Shown piece after piece: positions 39,772-52,955 of a stretch of DNA of 64,000 nucleotides. The DNA is taken from NCBI GenBank assembly GCA_951406725.2, contig OX597816.1:29512001-29576000 (forward strand), in the 5' to 3' direction. The stretch comes from Octopus vulgaris. Lineage: Eukaryota. Both the position numbers and the translations under genes were made by a program. Under the pieces are notes generated by a model. The model was not told the origin of the DNA, did not search any database, and worked only from the letters and a program-made list of their open reading frames with translations. Numbering within the stretch: position 1 is the first letter of the stretch; every line of letters starts with the position of its first letter.

Positions 39772-40950
39772 GTTTTTTGCTGGGTGTAATGGAAAGTGTC
39801 AGGTGTCAAGAGCCAGCATACGAAAGTGACACTTGTTTACTGGTCATGCTTCAAGGACCCTGCGAAGAATTCTTACAGTTCCAAGCAATGCTGACTTTTG
39901 TGTATTTGTATTATCAGTGACGGCAATCTGAGACGACCACGGTGAAGACTTTGGTAAGAAATTAGATTTTCTGAAATGCAGAAGCAGTCCTTTCTATATA
40001 AAATGAAAAGAACATTTAGTCAACAATTCTTGCCAGATGTTGCTTGGGACAATTTCTAGTGGTCAAGTGGTTGTACATAACCAAGGCAATATTGAGCAAT
40101 GTTGATATTAAATTCTGCCTGACATTCTAAAGGCAACTAATGAAACGAGGCAACTGATCGCTATCACTCTTAAATTCCTACATACCTGAAAGTCCAATCT
40201 GAAGCAGATTTTTAAACATTTTAACCAGAACCTCGGTCTAACGATAGAAACCCTCCCTTATTGGATGTATCTCTCCTCGTACCGCGTAACAAATCAACCA
40301 CCTCGCTTGATCTCAGCTCATAGGTATCCTTCCTACTCTTCCAAAATGTCTCCATTATTTGTATATCCGATATGTCGGACACCAAAGGTGTGATTGCATA
40401 TGCATACATAGTAACTTAGTGCATGCAGACGGTTCTTCAAAGTCTCCATTATTTGTGTTAGAGAATTCAAAGATAAAATGTATAGGATAGGTGAAAGAGA
40501 ACTTCTTTGGTGAACCAAGCGGTCGACGCAAATGGTATGCGGGGTACTCGCTTATTTTGACCACCGAACATAATGCCGTTGTGCTTTGTAGTGATCCAGT
40601 TGCTGAAAAAGGAATGATGATAGAGTGTACTTAGGACAGCCACCCGGTAACAATACCCTATCCTTGTAAGGTTTTTGAACTGATGCAGTTTGAATCCTGT
40701 CAAATCAGGAACTATTTATGAACCGCTGTATGATGTGGAGTTTGGCCTTAATATATTGGCCTGAAATAGAACAGGAACATCGTTGACTATAGGCAATCGT
40801 CAGCGTCTTGCTTCGCAACTTTTTCCGAAATCTTTTATTCCCTTTTAAGCAGAATGATGGGCTTGGAGTTATCAACCTCCTTCCCTTTGATCTTTTTTAT
40901 AATCAGCACTCTATGCCTTCCTTAGTTGTCAACTTTAGTAGACAACTACG
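39772..40950 (-). mobile_element. Decayed R4/Dong-like LINE 3' portion abutting (TAA)n
   Basis: Minus-strand VHQRSSLSPILYILSL (RT) and terminal QKSALLGTVRILRRVL (typical RLE-clade C-terminus), followed by (TAA)n. Confidence 0.65.
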
Positions 40951-41288
40951 AAAACAGAAGCAATCCTATTGAGTTTATTAATACAAATTGCAAAGCAGAA
41001 CCATATAAACTTGTACCCTACACAACAGTTTAAAAGACCCATTTATTCATCTGCTGAAAAACGTAGTAATATTTTATTGATATTGAAAATATCTAAACAC
41101 GTGCGCAGTATAGTTTTACGAATTAATATGTTAATTATTTCTTTCTATTATTTAATCTACATGATTTTTTTTGCATTTAATAACATCTTACATAATTTTT
41201 AGTAAACAAATGTATATATCTGTTATATTTTCATACATTTAATTACATTTACAATTGTTACATATATCTATCTATCTATCTATATATG

Positions 41289-41367
<79 letters not shown>

Positions 41368-41561
41368 TACAAAATTAGAGAATGGAGAAACATACTTAAA
41401 TCAGTAAAACATCAACTATCCGATGATACTCAATCCATACTTTAATACACCATTACATATGAGTAAAGGCAATATATAAAATGAAATGAGATATACAGTA
41501 ATAGTAAAAAGATAAAGAGATATAAGTAAAAAATTTCAAATATAATATGCAAATAAATCAA

Positions 41562-41675
41562 AACTGACAGCTGTTTCGGCAGTGAGGACAATCATACCTC
41601 ATTTAACCTATAAGCCATAAAGGCAGGTATAAATGAGGCATTAACAAGGATGCCCCACGGCCTCTTCAGAGAATT
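41562..41675 (-). ncRNA. Type I hammerhead ribozyme (weak stem I) in a (TA)n-flanked segment 41366-42218
   Basis: Minus strand: ct-CTGAAGA-ggccgtgggg...cctcactgcc-GAAA-cagctg-TC-ag. Palindromic stem III ACAGCTGT, GUC triplet. Confidence 0.75.
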
Positions 41676-42011
41676 AAATTAAATTTGTTATAATAGTGAA
41701 AAATATTATATAATCATATACATATAAATATAAAAATATAAAAATGTAAAATATAGAAACTTATACATCATAATGCTACACTTATATAATATAATACACA
41801 TTTGTACAAAAAAGGAAGGTAAACAGAACAAAATAAAACAAAATATATAACAGTGTATATATTAATATTAATAAGTACCGATATTATACATATTTGGCTA
41901 ATAGTTTTTTTTATAAAAAAAAGGCTAACACATATGGAGATGAAAAATAATAATTAAATCCGTGGTACAGTTCATAAAATTCTAAAGCTATAAAAGTTAA
42001 TAAAAATTACT

Positions 42012-42094
<83 letters not shown>

Positions 42095-42214
42095 TAATAA
42101 AAATAGATACAGTTAAGTTAGCACCAAGTCCATCCTTTCAAGATCGAAATAACTATCTAGCAGTATATTGGATATATATTATCCCATGGTGGGTTGAATT
42201 TTCAACCCCTATCT

Positions 42215-42447
<233 letters not shown>

Positions 42448-44169
42448 CCCTCAGGCTGTATGTTCTATTTCTCTTTTCTATCAATTTTTCCCCCAATTAT
42501 CGTGTTATAAACCATAACATTTCCTTTCCTTTTACTGTTTGAAAATCTGTCGCTAATGAGTTGTATCGTTCATTTGATTGTATATACATTGTGAAATTTC
42601 TTATAAGCATTTCTGCTTTTTCATATCAATAACTATACCAGAATTGTAAATCACCGTATCTTAATAGTGAAATATCATTTCTTACCAGTAAACAATACTA
42701 AGTAAGCAGCATATATTCTTGTTAGTAGCACAAAATTTATTTTGTTTTGTTGAATATTTGTGATTTACATTTAAGAAACATGTCCTAAAGCGACTGCATG
42801 TCATACAATCAATTTTAACATCCCTTTTCCGAGCATCAACGTAAAAGTTTCTACTTAATAACTGAACTTGAACTGACAGTAAAATTGTCTTTAAAAAACA
42901 GAAAATGTTTCAAAATTCGTAGCATATTAAAAGCCTAAGTTTTAGAATATCAAACGCTGCTTAAACTCAGTTTGCATGATTACTCATTAAACTGTGCATG
43001 ACTTTTGCGCTTAAGATCACTGTTCGATTGACAACGGTTACTGGCTTTTCCTTTGTGTGCAATGTTTTAATCCGTTGAGCTAGAAGATCAATCATTGCTT
43101 TCACTCATAAAGAAGCAATTTCAAGTAATTTTATCCATGGATATGATCTCGATCGATACAGAGGCAAGAGTTCCACCCCGAAAAACTCCACATCACTCGA
43201 ATTAGCCTCAAAAGAAGTGCAGGAAATTTGAAATTGATCGAATATGATCATTTGAGCACAAATGTTCCTCTAATTCATGTTTCATCTGAATCTCTTATAG
43301 TGTTAAATTCAAACAATTCTCATGCCCCTCGGAACTTGGAACAATGTGATACCGTCTTACATCAGAATTCATCATTCTTATTAGATCATGTAAAAGAACC
43401 AATATTTTTTTTTTATCTTTTCCTTAAAGGCTCGGATATTCGATCTTGATACTCTCAAACCACAACTCACGAACGGCATTCATTTCTCTCCGGTATCATT
43501 CACTTACGAAATATCTCACCAAACTTAGCTATTTTCTTCGGAACAAATTTGATTGCTCCTGTCAAGTCAAATTGTCACTTCCAATTTAATTAAGTTTTGC
43601 TAACGTGTTTCTTTTGTTGCCTTTCAACGTGTATATTCCTAGCACGTGAGGCAACAGTGCACGCTATAAGTAACGACCTGAGTATTTGGAACGTTTTTAC
43701 TTAATTTCGTCCAAGGAAATGAATTCGTCGTTGTTAAATAGCGTTTTAATGAACTTTCTTATTTTTTGTCGCCTCATCTGTCATTCAAACAGATAACGTC
43801 TGAATTAAGAGTCTAACGTGGAGATATGCTAGGTCTGGTGCTTCTCATTTAAGCAATTGATAGCGCTGTTAGAATTTTGCCAGATGAATTTACAATTTAG
43901 TTCCTTGGTGATGCTTGTTTTTGTGGTCATGCAATCATGGTACTGAACTCTGTAGAACAACTTATGAAAGAAATAGAGTCTTGTACTAAAAGGGAAAGTA
44001 ACGGGATGTGAATATTTTATTATTAATTACGGTTTGATTGTATTCCAAAATATAATAAAGATATTCAATTGTTTTCTATCTATAACCATCGATAAAATTA
44101 ATGGTTCACCTCACAATCAATAAGCGACTCTAGCGTTTCAGCAACTTTATTTTATTCTTTAAAACATCT

Positions 44170-44546
44170 GGAGTGGCTGTGTGGTAAGTAGCTTGCTTAC
44201 CAACCACATGGTTCCGGGTTCAGTCCTACTGCGTGGCTTCTTGGGTAAGTCTCTTCTACTATAGCCTCGGGCCTACCAAAGCCTTGTGAGTGGATTTGGT
44301 AGACGGAAACTGAAAGAAGTCCGTCGTATATATGTATATATATGTGTGTGTGTGTGTTTGTGTGTCTGCGTTTGTTACCCCATCATCGCTTGACAACCGA
44401 TGCTGGTGTGTTTACGTCACCGTCACTTAGCGCTTCGGCAAAAGAGACCGATAGAATAAGTCCCGGGGTCGATTTGCTCGACTGAAGACGGTGCTCCAGC
44501 ATGGTCGCAGTCATATGTCTGAAACAAGTAAAAGAGAGAAAGAGAG
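44170..44546 (+). mobile_element. SINE family A copy
   Basis: Collinear with 31105-31510, with a small internal deletion between two gaataagt motifs. Confidence 0.93.
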
Positions 44547-46217
44547 ATCCCTTTGATATCGATACGGATTCGCCCTTTAAGAAGCCTTCTTACCATTAAA
44601 TTTGTAATCCTTTAACTAATTTTGACCGCCTTGTATAACAATGCTGGAGAAAATATTGAATGTTAATTTGTCAACTGAGCTTATCTGGGAACAAACCTCT
44701 TTGACATTACATTGCATTGGTATGGATTTTTGAAGATATGGAGATATTTCATTGCTTGCATCTGGGCTTTGTTTCATGCTTTGTTGACTTTAGCGAATAT
44801 TAACATCCCCCATGTTAACAGGAATTCTAATTTCATCAGAGATATGGAGATAACATTAACAGAGTAATTTGAAACAGGACTTGCTTTAAAATGATGAAAG
44901 TTAAGGTATGGGAAATGCTGTTTTGATACAATTTAAATTTGACAGTTATTTAACGAATCTTAATCAGCCGGCTTGTGTGTTAATATTAGTTATGCAGAAT
45001 AAAATCGGCTGCATAGTACAAATTTCTACTGATATCAAAATTTGTCATTTTAATAAGCAGCGTCATTAACTGTGGATATCCATAATTGTACACCATGCAA
45101 ATATTATTGCAAAAGTTTCATGTTCTGCGTGGGATTACATACACTTTCTTGCATTTAAACGCCGACAGGTTTATGAGACACTCCGAAGTTAACAGTAAAA
45201 TACGGTTATTCTAGAATGCATTATTCTATGCGTTCTAGAACCCGGCAATTTGTCTCGGTAAAAAGAAAAAATATCTTTAGAGAAAAGGGTACTGTCGTAT
45301 GATGTACCGCGTTTATAATGTTTTCTAAATTTCCCTATTTAATTGCGTTGATCTACCTAATTCATTAAGGGAGCAGATAAAGAATTTTACATATTCAGTG
45401 ATAGATAGTCATTGTAATATTTTCCATTAATTGTTGTTGAAATAAACGGTGTTTTAGTTACATGAACATAATCGCTTTTATACTGCTTCACTTTGAAACT
45501 TATTAGACCAATTAAGCAGCGGTGAAAAGCCACATGATTCTATGTATCAAACGGAAGTCATTGTACGAAGTAATACTTCTAACTTCCTGTGTTATCTTTT
45601 CAGTCATTACACGCATATGTATGCATGTAAACATACAGGTACACATTGGTGTATGTAAATGTATATGTTTTTGCATATGTGTGTGGAATATACATATAGA
45701 AATAGGGTAAATACTCACCATGTTTTATTGTACTAAAATACTGACTACTGTCTATCAAATTACCATTAAAACTAAAAGAAAGTACCAGAAGAAAACAAAG
45801 TGTTTTATAAGTTCCGTGAAAGCGTTTTTAAGAGGAAGGTGCATACAAAAATAAAGCATTTCTTGTTCTGTCTCTTACTGACAAATTTGTAGATATCTTT
45901 AAAATGAAAAGACGTACCTTATTCTCTTTTATAATTTCTGAGAAACATCGCCACATATTTAAATCTACTATCCTAAGAGAATGAGTAGACAACTGTCTGC
46001 TTAACTCCAAGTTGGACACTATGTCTAACTGTGGATGGAAAAAACCCATATAGTTCTGAATAATAAAGGTTAAATACCGCCATCATTACTACAACTACCT
46101 GCAGTCATCACCACCGACAACGACAACTTATACGTCTGAGTTTGTTTATCTGAAATAGTATTTTCTACAACATTCTAACTCCTGTATCTTTGTATGTATA
46201 TAAGGATTTGAATAGTA

Positions 46218-46768
46218 TTGGGTTGTCCGGAAAGTTCGTGCCGATTTATAGAAGCTTACCTTTCGACTTACATGGTTGAGTCCATAAAATAGGATTTGAC
46301 TACACCTCCATTTAGAGCTCAGTTTAAGCTATCTATTCGTGGAAGAAGGTTTAAGATCCTATAACCTGTGTTAATTCTGTAACCCTTTAAAATAGAAGAT
46401 AAGGAAGTTTATTTTCGGCACTTGATGCTTTGGGAACCAGAAACAAATTTGCTGCAAATCGGCTGAGATGTGTTACCCCACCCTCGATATTCACCAGATA
46501 TTGCTCCTTCGGATTTCCACATATTCAGGTCTCTGCAGATTAATCTGAATGGTAAAAATTTGAGTTCCTTGCATGACGTAAAAAGATACCTTGATGAATT
46601 TTTTGTCATGAAACTACCTCAATTTTGGGTATTTTCAAGTTAAAAGAAAAATGGTGACGCATTGTGCAACAAAATGGTTCATATTTGGGTGATTAAAATG
46701 TAATGGCAAGTATTTATTGACCTTTTCCTTTCCTTTAAAAATCGGCACGAACTTTCCGGACCATCCAA
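46218..46768 (+). mobile_element. Internally deleted mariner element with TIRs and TA target duplication
   Basis: TIRs ttgggttgtccggaaagttcgtgccgattt and aaatcggcacgaactttccggaccatccaa, TA on both sides. Internal HPRYSPDIAPSDFHIFRSL. Confidence 0.93.
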
Positions 46769-47091
46769 TATATCAATTTCGGTATATGACCACATAAAAC
46801 ACGTCTCATGTGGTCAAGTAATCGTTCGTTTATGTAGGCATGTAACTGTTCGTTTATCGTGTAGATGATATGTGGGAATGCATCAGTCCCGAATTATGAG
46901 GTTTAGACATTTTAGTTCATGGAAAATTTCCAAAAATTCCAAGTTGGATGGTATCAAGTATTATAATCGTTTAGGGGAAGCTGTTTGCATTTCTAATATG
47001 TTATCATTTTAAATACAATATTCTTTAAATAAACATTTCAGATTTTGAGTTTATGTGAATTTTGCTAAGAATGGTAAATATAACATTCTAA

Positions 47092-47398
47092 TTTTTTTTT
47101 GCTCCTTCTCGAGCCATGCCCGGCTCATAAGGGCCGGTTTCCCGGTTTCTTGGCGTATAGGTTCCCCACCTGTACGGAACGCCAATCCGTCGCAGGTGAG
47201 CTGCAAGATGCGGGAGCAAAAAGTGAGAGAAAGTTGTGGCGAAAGAGTCAGCAGAAGTTCGCCATTACCTTCTGTCGGAGCCGCGTGGAGCTTAGGTGTT
47301 TCGCTCATAAACACACACATCGCCCGGTCTGAGATTCGAACCCGCGATCCCTCGACCGCAAATCCGCTGCACTAACCAATAGGCCATGTGCCTCCACC
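47092..47398 (-). mobile_element. SINE family C (tRNA head, conserved core, A-tail)
   Basis: Minus strand has A box TGGCCTATTGG, B box GGTTCGAATCTC and core gatggactggcg...gaaaccgggaaaccggccc shared with 62992-63243. Confidence 0.88.
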
Positions 47399-48602
47399 TA
47401 GTAACAATGGAGTGAGTGTTTAACTGACTGCAAATAGATATTCCACATCATACATAAAATACTTTTTCTCATATTCATTCACCCATATATACATATATAT
47501 TGATATACCGAGTTAGATAAAGCAAATCACTTATAAAACAATAATAAATACTTGACTGAAGCTTTCAAGAACATTCGTAAAGTAGTGGATCATTATATTT
47601 CCACCCAATCGTGCCTATTATGTCGCTAGTAGCATGGGTGCAGAGACATGACCGTCCAATAAAAAATGGTCAGTCTTCAAGTATGTGATGCCAAATTCAC
47701 TTTTATATTGGTATAGTCTCAAGAAATAGACGTTCCATTGAATAACACAGTATATCAGGAAATAAAGATGGGCGATATGATCGGAAGGCTTTTGATAAGT
47801 TTTGCTCATTTAGGTCAATAATATGTTTCAAATTTCACAATATTGTATTCCTTCATATGTGTAACATCACAATATACAGAAAATAAAAATGACTAGAAGA
47901 GGAATGGATTTAATTTTAGACGAATGCTAACTGAATTATTCAAGAAACCTCCCGGTAGTCGTTGAATTTTTGTTCAGGTCTAATGATTCGACTGAGTGAC
48001 ACACGTTTCTCGAGAGCTTATGAGGGATATCTCCTTAAAATGTTTTAATCTCGAATGCTACGCTGCCATCTTCAAAAATACAAGGATTAAAGAAGAATAA
48101 TAATTTCGGATATCGATTCACTATTGACGTGAGGTCACTGTTAGAGCGATTTTGCTTATGAGTCTGCTCAATGAAGACAGATCTAGGCAGAAACGACAAC
48201 GAAAACAGTTATATTTCAAAATCAATTATAACAACAACAACTGTAATAATGATGATGATGATGATGATGATGATTGGCGGTTTACGAGGAGCTACACACC
48301 AAAAGCGACCGACTGTATGTTCCTAGAAACGGGGGCGGAAGTGGTCTCATAGTTTGAAAGATCTGTGTTGTCAACGAGAAGAACAGAAAAAAAATCATAT
48401 GCATGAAATTATTGTTGATAAAATTTCGAGGTCACTGTCAATAAAATTCAAAATATCGGATTTCTTCATGTTTTCAGTCTTTATATTTCTACAAAAATAT
48501 TCTATTCATATGTGTTTATGTCTGTGTGCGAGTGTGAGCGTTTAAGTACACACACACACACACATATATATATGTATATGTCTGTTTGTTAGTGTGTGTA
48601 TA

Positions 48603-48644
<42 letters not shown>

Positions 48645-48707
48645 CACACACACGTATAGATGCATGAATATATATATATATATATATATATAGTTTGTGT
48701 GTTTATA

Positions 48708-48746
<39 letters not shown>

Positions 48747-49393
48747 GCATATGTATGTATCCTCATGACACCATCAAATTCAACATTCTTTTGACATTCA
48801 ATTACCTCGTGTTTAATATTCTGATACAATCAATTTGCTAAATTGCGCGAAAAAAAATGCAATTAGATTCCTGTGGGCATTGAACACGACTGATGTGAAA
48901 ATATCCCCAATACTATAATAAACTACAGATCTGTTCATTATCTAAACATTTCAATCCAATTTGTACATAATATTGCAATCTCTAAAAGCATTATGGTCTT
49001 TCTGGAATATATCCATGTGAATTCGGTTTTAAAAGCGTCAATATTGTCTTTCAAATATTTTCTTTTCGTAAACTAAAGCATAATAACAATCTCATCAGAT
49101 ATGTTTTAACACAATCTTTGTTTATATTAACTTTCTAATTGATTCTTTCTCGGTACTCTCAACAGAGAAATAGAAAATTATAAACTATATCAATGACAAA
49201 TCGCTATTTGATTAATGTTTATTTTTCTCTCTGTGGCAGAAGTGTTTAAATGTAAAACGAAAAGAAATATCAATAGGTGTAGTCACACACACAAATACAA
49301 ACTCAGAACAACGCTAAATTTTTTGTTAGTACAGTAGAATCAACCTTCAATTTTAGATCTATAGTGATTACTTTTATAATATAGTCCATCAGC

Positions 49394-49783
49394 AAGGCGG
49401 CGAACTGGCGGAAACGTTAGCACGCCGGACAAAATGCTCGGCAGTATTTCGTTTGCCGCTAGGTTCTGAGTTCAAATTCCGCCGAGGTCGACTTTGCCTT
49501 TCATCCTTTCGGGGGTCAATAAAATAAGTACCAGTTACGCACTGGGGTCGATATAATCGACTTAATCTCCTTGTTTGTCCTCTCTGTGTTTAGCCCCTTG
49601 TGGATAGTAAAGAAATAGGTACTTCGTCTGTCTTTACCTTCTGAGTTCAAATTCCGCTGAAGTCGACTTTACGTTTCATCCTTTCGGGGTCGATAAATTA
49701 AGTATCAGTTGCGTCCTGGGATCGATTTAATAGACTGACCCTCTCCCCAAACATTCGAGCCTTGTGTTTAGAGTAGGAAAGAA
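49394..49783 (+). mobile_element. SINE family B, full length
   Basis: Reverse complement counterpart of 34160-34556. Confidence 0.9.
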
Positions 49784-50820
49784 CATATTCTACCAGTAAC
49801 TCTTGAAAACGCTAACATTTCACAACGAACTTTTATTTTATGAACTCAGTGACTCTGAAAATATCATACAACAGAGCCCAGTGTTCTAAGAAATTTAAAA
49901 TTTAAAAATTGCTTTCAGTTCGTTAGCTATGCATTCAGTAAAAATCTTTTTAACATGATATTTTGAAACAGAATAGTTTTTGGTACGCCAAGACTGATTA
50001 CAAGGGGAAATGATTTCAAAGCTGGAACAACAATTACTTGTATGTCGGGAAAAATTAAGACAGACCGTTATAATGCATTGCACTTATCATTATTTGCTTT
50101 TACTCTTTCACACAAACATAGATCCATCTATCTTATCGGCATCTCCCACTCATTATTTTGAAAGAAACAAAAATGTAGTTATCAGAGATCAAGTTACAGA
50201 CTAGATATGTTAGGTATTACAATGTTTGAGGGCATAACATCGCATTGACCGCCGTACGTGACTGGTACTTTATTTCACTGGCACTGGAAACTTGAAATGC
50301 AAAACTGCCCTCAAAAGAAATTTGAACTCAGAATGTTAAAAACCGCAACGTATATCCATTACGTCTCGTCATTAACTGATGTAATTTCTGATATATACTC
50401 ATACCAACTCTCTTATGCTAGTATTTCGTTATGCTGACAAAGTTTCCAAAACATGGACGTCGCAAATCATTCATATATGTAGATATATTCCTTTAGGTGA
50501 TGAGCTGACAACCTAAAACAACGTGTATAATATATTTCCTCACTTTCTACATATTTTACAAGATATTTTAATGTAGGATAAAATTCTTTTCGAAAAAAAT
50601 TCTTTTCCAAAAAAAATCTTATCAATGGCCAGCATATTAAAAAATACCTTTAAAGGTTAAATTTATAAACAATTCATAAATAAGGGCAAACGAAAAAATT
50701 TCTAATGCCAAATATGCCAAAAAATTGGACATATTGTCCATTAACCATTAATTTTTTCACAATTCGCACGCTACTCGAAAAAAGGTCGACAGAAATTTCT
50801 AAAAAATTCCATTATTACCA

Positions 50821-50873
50821 TATCGGACCGATTTCAGGGTTAGCTTATAACAGCCCTCCCTTCGTCAGTGATA
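50821..50873 (-). ncRNA. Type I hammerhead ribozyme
   Basis: Minus strand: tatca-CTGACGA-aggg...ccct-GAAA-tcgg-TC-cgata. Confidence 0.78.
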
Positions 50874-51330
50874 CATGTGGCAAAAGAAATAAATGAGATA
50901 CTTACTCATACCCATGGAAGAAGCAAACACTAAGTCATGAGCACAATTAAGTACCCCAAATACATCCAAAATAGAAATACTCCTGCCCATTCGAGACACG
51001 TGCGATTTGAACTGATGTTCTCACAGAGTGAAAGAGTCCGGAAGTGAACGCTTAAATTTATATTTTAATGTAGGATAAAATTTTTTTCGAAAAATATTCT
51101 TTTCCAAAAAAAATCTTATCAATGGCCAGCATATTAAAAAATACCTTTAAAGGTTAAATTTATAAACACTTCATAAATAAGGGCAAACGAAAAAATTTCT
51201 AATGCCAAATATGCCGAAAAATTGGACATATTGTCCATTAACCATTAATTTTTTCACAATTCGCACGCTACTCGAAAAAAGGTCGACAGAAATTTCTAAA
51301 AAATATCTCATTTATTTCTTTTGCCACATG

Positions 51331-51383
51331 TATCACCGACGAAGGGAGGGCTGTTATAAGCTAACCCTGAAATCGGTCCGATA
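51331..51383 (+). ncRNA. Inverted hammerhead copy with core mutation (CCGACGA)
   Basis: Same as 50821-50873 but with a U-to-C change at core position 4. Confidence 0.65.
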
Positions 51384-51800
51384 TGGTAATAATGTGAGAA
51401 AATATTTTACAAGATTATTACTGTATCCTATATTGTAAGCATTTTTTTTTCTAATCGATAACTTTAAATTTTTCTTTCCCACCATCAAGCACTGAACTTC
51501 ACATTTAGTAATGTGACATTTTCTTATCTATTTCTATCGATTTTTCATACATTGGTCTTTGCAAACGATCAAGCATGATATTCTATCTCTTAGTTTTAAG
51601 CTTTCTTGCAGTTGCTATTTCCAAGTTTCTCCTTCCACGAATATCGCTCATTCCAATTATTTTCTCTTTGTATTATTTCCCTGAAATAACGAAAACTGCT
51701 TGATTATTCCTTTCATGATTGTTTAAGCTAAATGCATTGTAGTCTTCTTCTTGCATAACAGCCGTATGTCACCACACATACGCACATGCACACACACACA

Positions 51801-51838
<38 letters not shown>

Positions 51839-52010
51839 TGATTGTGTGGCAACAGACGATACTTCTCAGTACAGCTACTAATTTTATCTCATATAAAGTT
51901 TTTCTAACTAGATATTTTTCTTGTTGCAAGATCAGTGATTGAGTGTCGCTCGGTTTTCTATATATTGAGAGCAGGAATGAATTCCTGCTATCTCTAGCCG
52001 CTGTATGTTA

Positions 52011-52055
52011 ACCACTGACGATGGGCACAAATAGCTCTAATCCGTTCGGTCTGGT
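52011..52055 (+). ncRNA. Decayed type I hammerhead
   Basis: acca-CTGACGA-t-gggc...gctc-TAAT-ccgttcgg-TC-tggt. Stems are intact, GAAA is mutated, and ccgttcggTC is identical to the 12183 HHR. Confidence 0.6.
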
Positions 52056-52367
52056 GATCCCGTCATCTGCTAGAGGATGGTAGAGGTTTTCGACCCTGCT
52101 AGCAATATATAATTGATAACCAGCTGGAGGAAGGTCTTCCAGGGGTTGAGATATAAATATATACATATGCGTCTCTGTATGCATGTATGTTTATATATAT
52201 ATATATAATTTCAGCAAAAATTTAGATTCAAATGAATATGGTACTTAATTTAGATGCACCAGAATTTTGTATGGTGTTATCCATAAAAATCCGTGGGGTG
52301 ATTATAATCAAAATAAGCAACAAGAATGACTCCGGTAATTTGGTATATATGTATATATATATATATA

Positions 52368-52840
52368 AAATTAAAATCTTAGGGTAGCAAGAATATTCAT
52401 CGAAAAATTCTTAGTTACCAGTGGATGAATATTCTTCCTACCGTAAGATTTTAATTAATAAAAGTTTTTTTGGCTAATTCTGGAAGAAAATTGGCAATTA
52501 ATTTTGTTAATGCTGGTCGAGTTCCGCTTCTGCGCGGTAGATTTGAAAAATTAGAACCTATAGAGACGTGGCGGGTTATTCATCGCTCCGTGCCTATGTG
52601 TTCAGTGCTGGCAACCCCCTGAAGAAGCAGCGCCAGACATAGACTGAAATTATTTTATTTCAGTCTGTATTTAAGTCTGCAGAAACCTTGCAAGGTCTAG
52701 AATTAAGGTAAAAGTTTTTATTTTCCAATCCCTTTCGGAAATACAACAATTGGTGGCTTGGAGATTTAACTGCTCTTTCTAGCGAGTCAGATATCCTATT
52801 CTTCGGGTATCTCTTTTGTGTTTGAACGTACACTGTATTC

Positions 52841-52845
<5 letters not shown>
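52368..52845 (+). mobile_element. Diverged retrozyme-like monomer between (TA)n runs, with 5' fold-back
   Basis: Shares motifs with 11957-12419 and the 28600 array. Inverted repeat at ~52369-52401 / ~52424-52456. Confidence 0.65.
52614..52705 (+). ncRNA. Type I hammerhead with intact core and decayed stem I
   Basis: CTGAAGA-a-gcag...ctgc-a-GAAA-ccttgcaagg-TC. Perfect palindrome ACCTTGCAAGGT and an internal agactgaaat/atttcagtct hairpin. Confidence 0.72.
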
Positions 52846-52878
<33 letters not shown>

Positions 52879-52920
52879 AATGTATATGTATGTATATAAA
52901 TGTGTGGGGGTGTATGTATT

Positions 52921-52954
<34 letters not shown>

Positions 52955-52955
52955 T

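Larger units (their letters stand above)
50564..51394 (-). mobile_element. HHR-containing element: 1.5 copies of a 497-bp unit plus a 91-bp inverted segment (Penelope pLTR/retrozyme-like)
   Basis: 50564-50807 is repeated at 51061-51304; 50810-50900 is inverted at 51304-51394. atattttacaagat occurs on both flanks (50551, 51402). Confidence 0.85.

Noticed and set aside
42900-43800. Possible hAT transposase relic on the minus strand (PVTV-like motif)
   Set aside because: Only one weak motif; needs TBLASTN/HMM support.
47325-47398. tRNA gene
   Set aside because: The tRNA-like head continues into a SINE core and A-tail; no complete acceptor stem.
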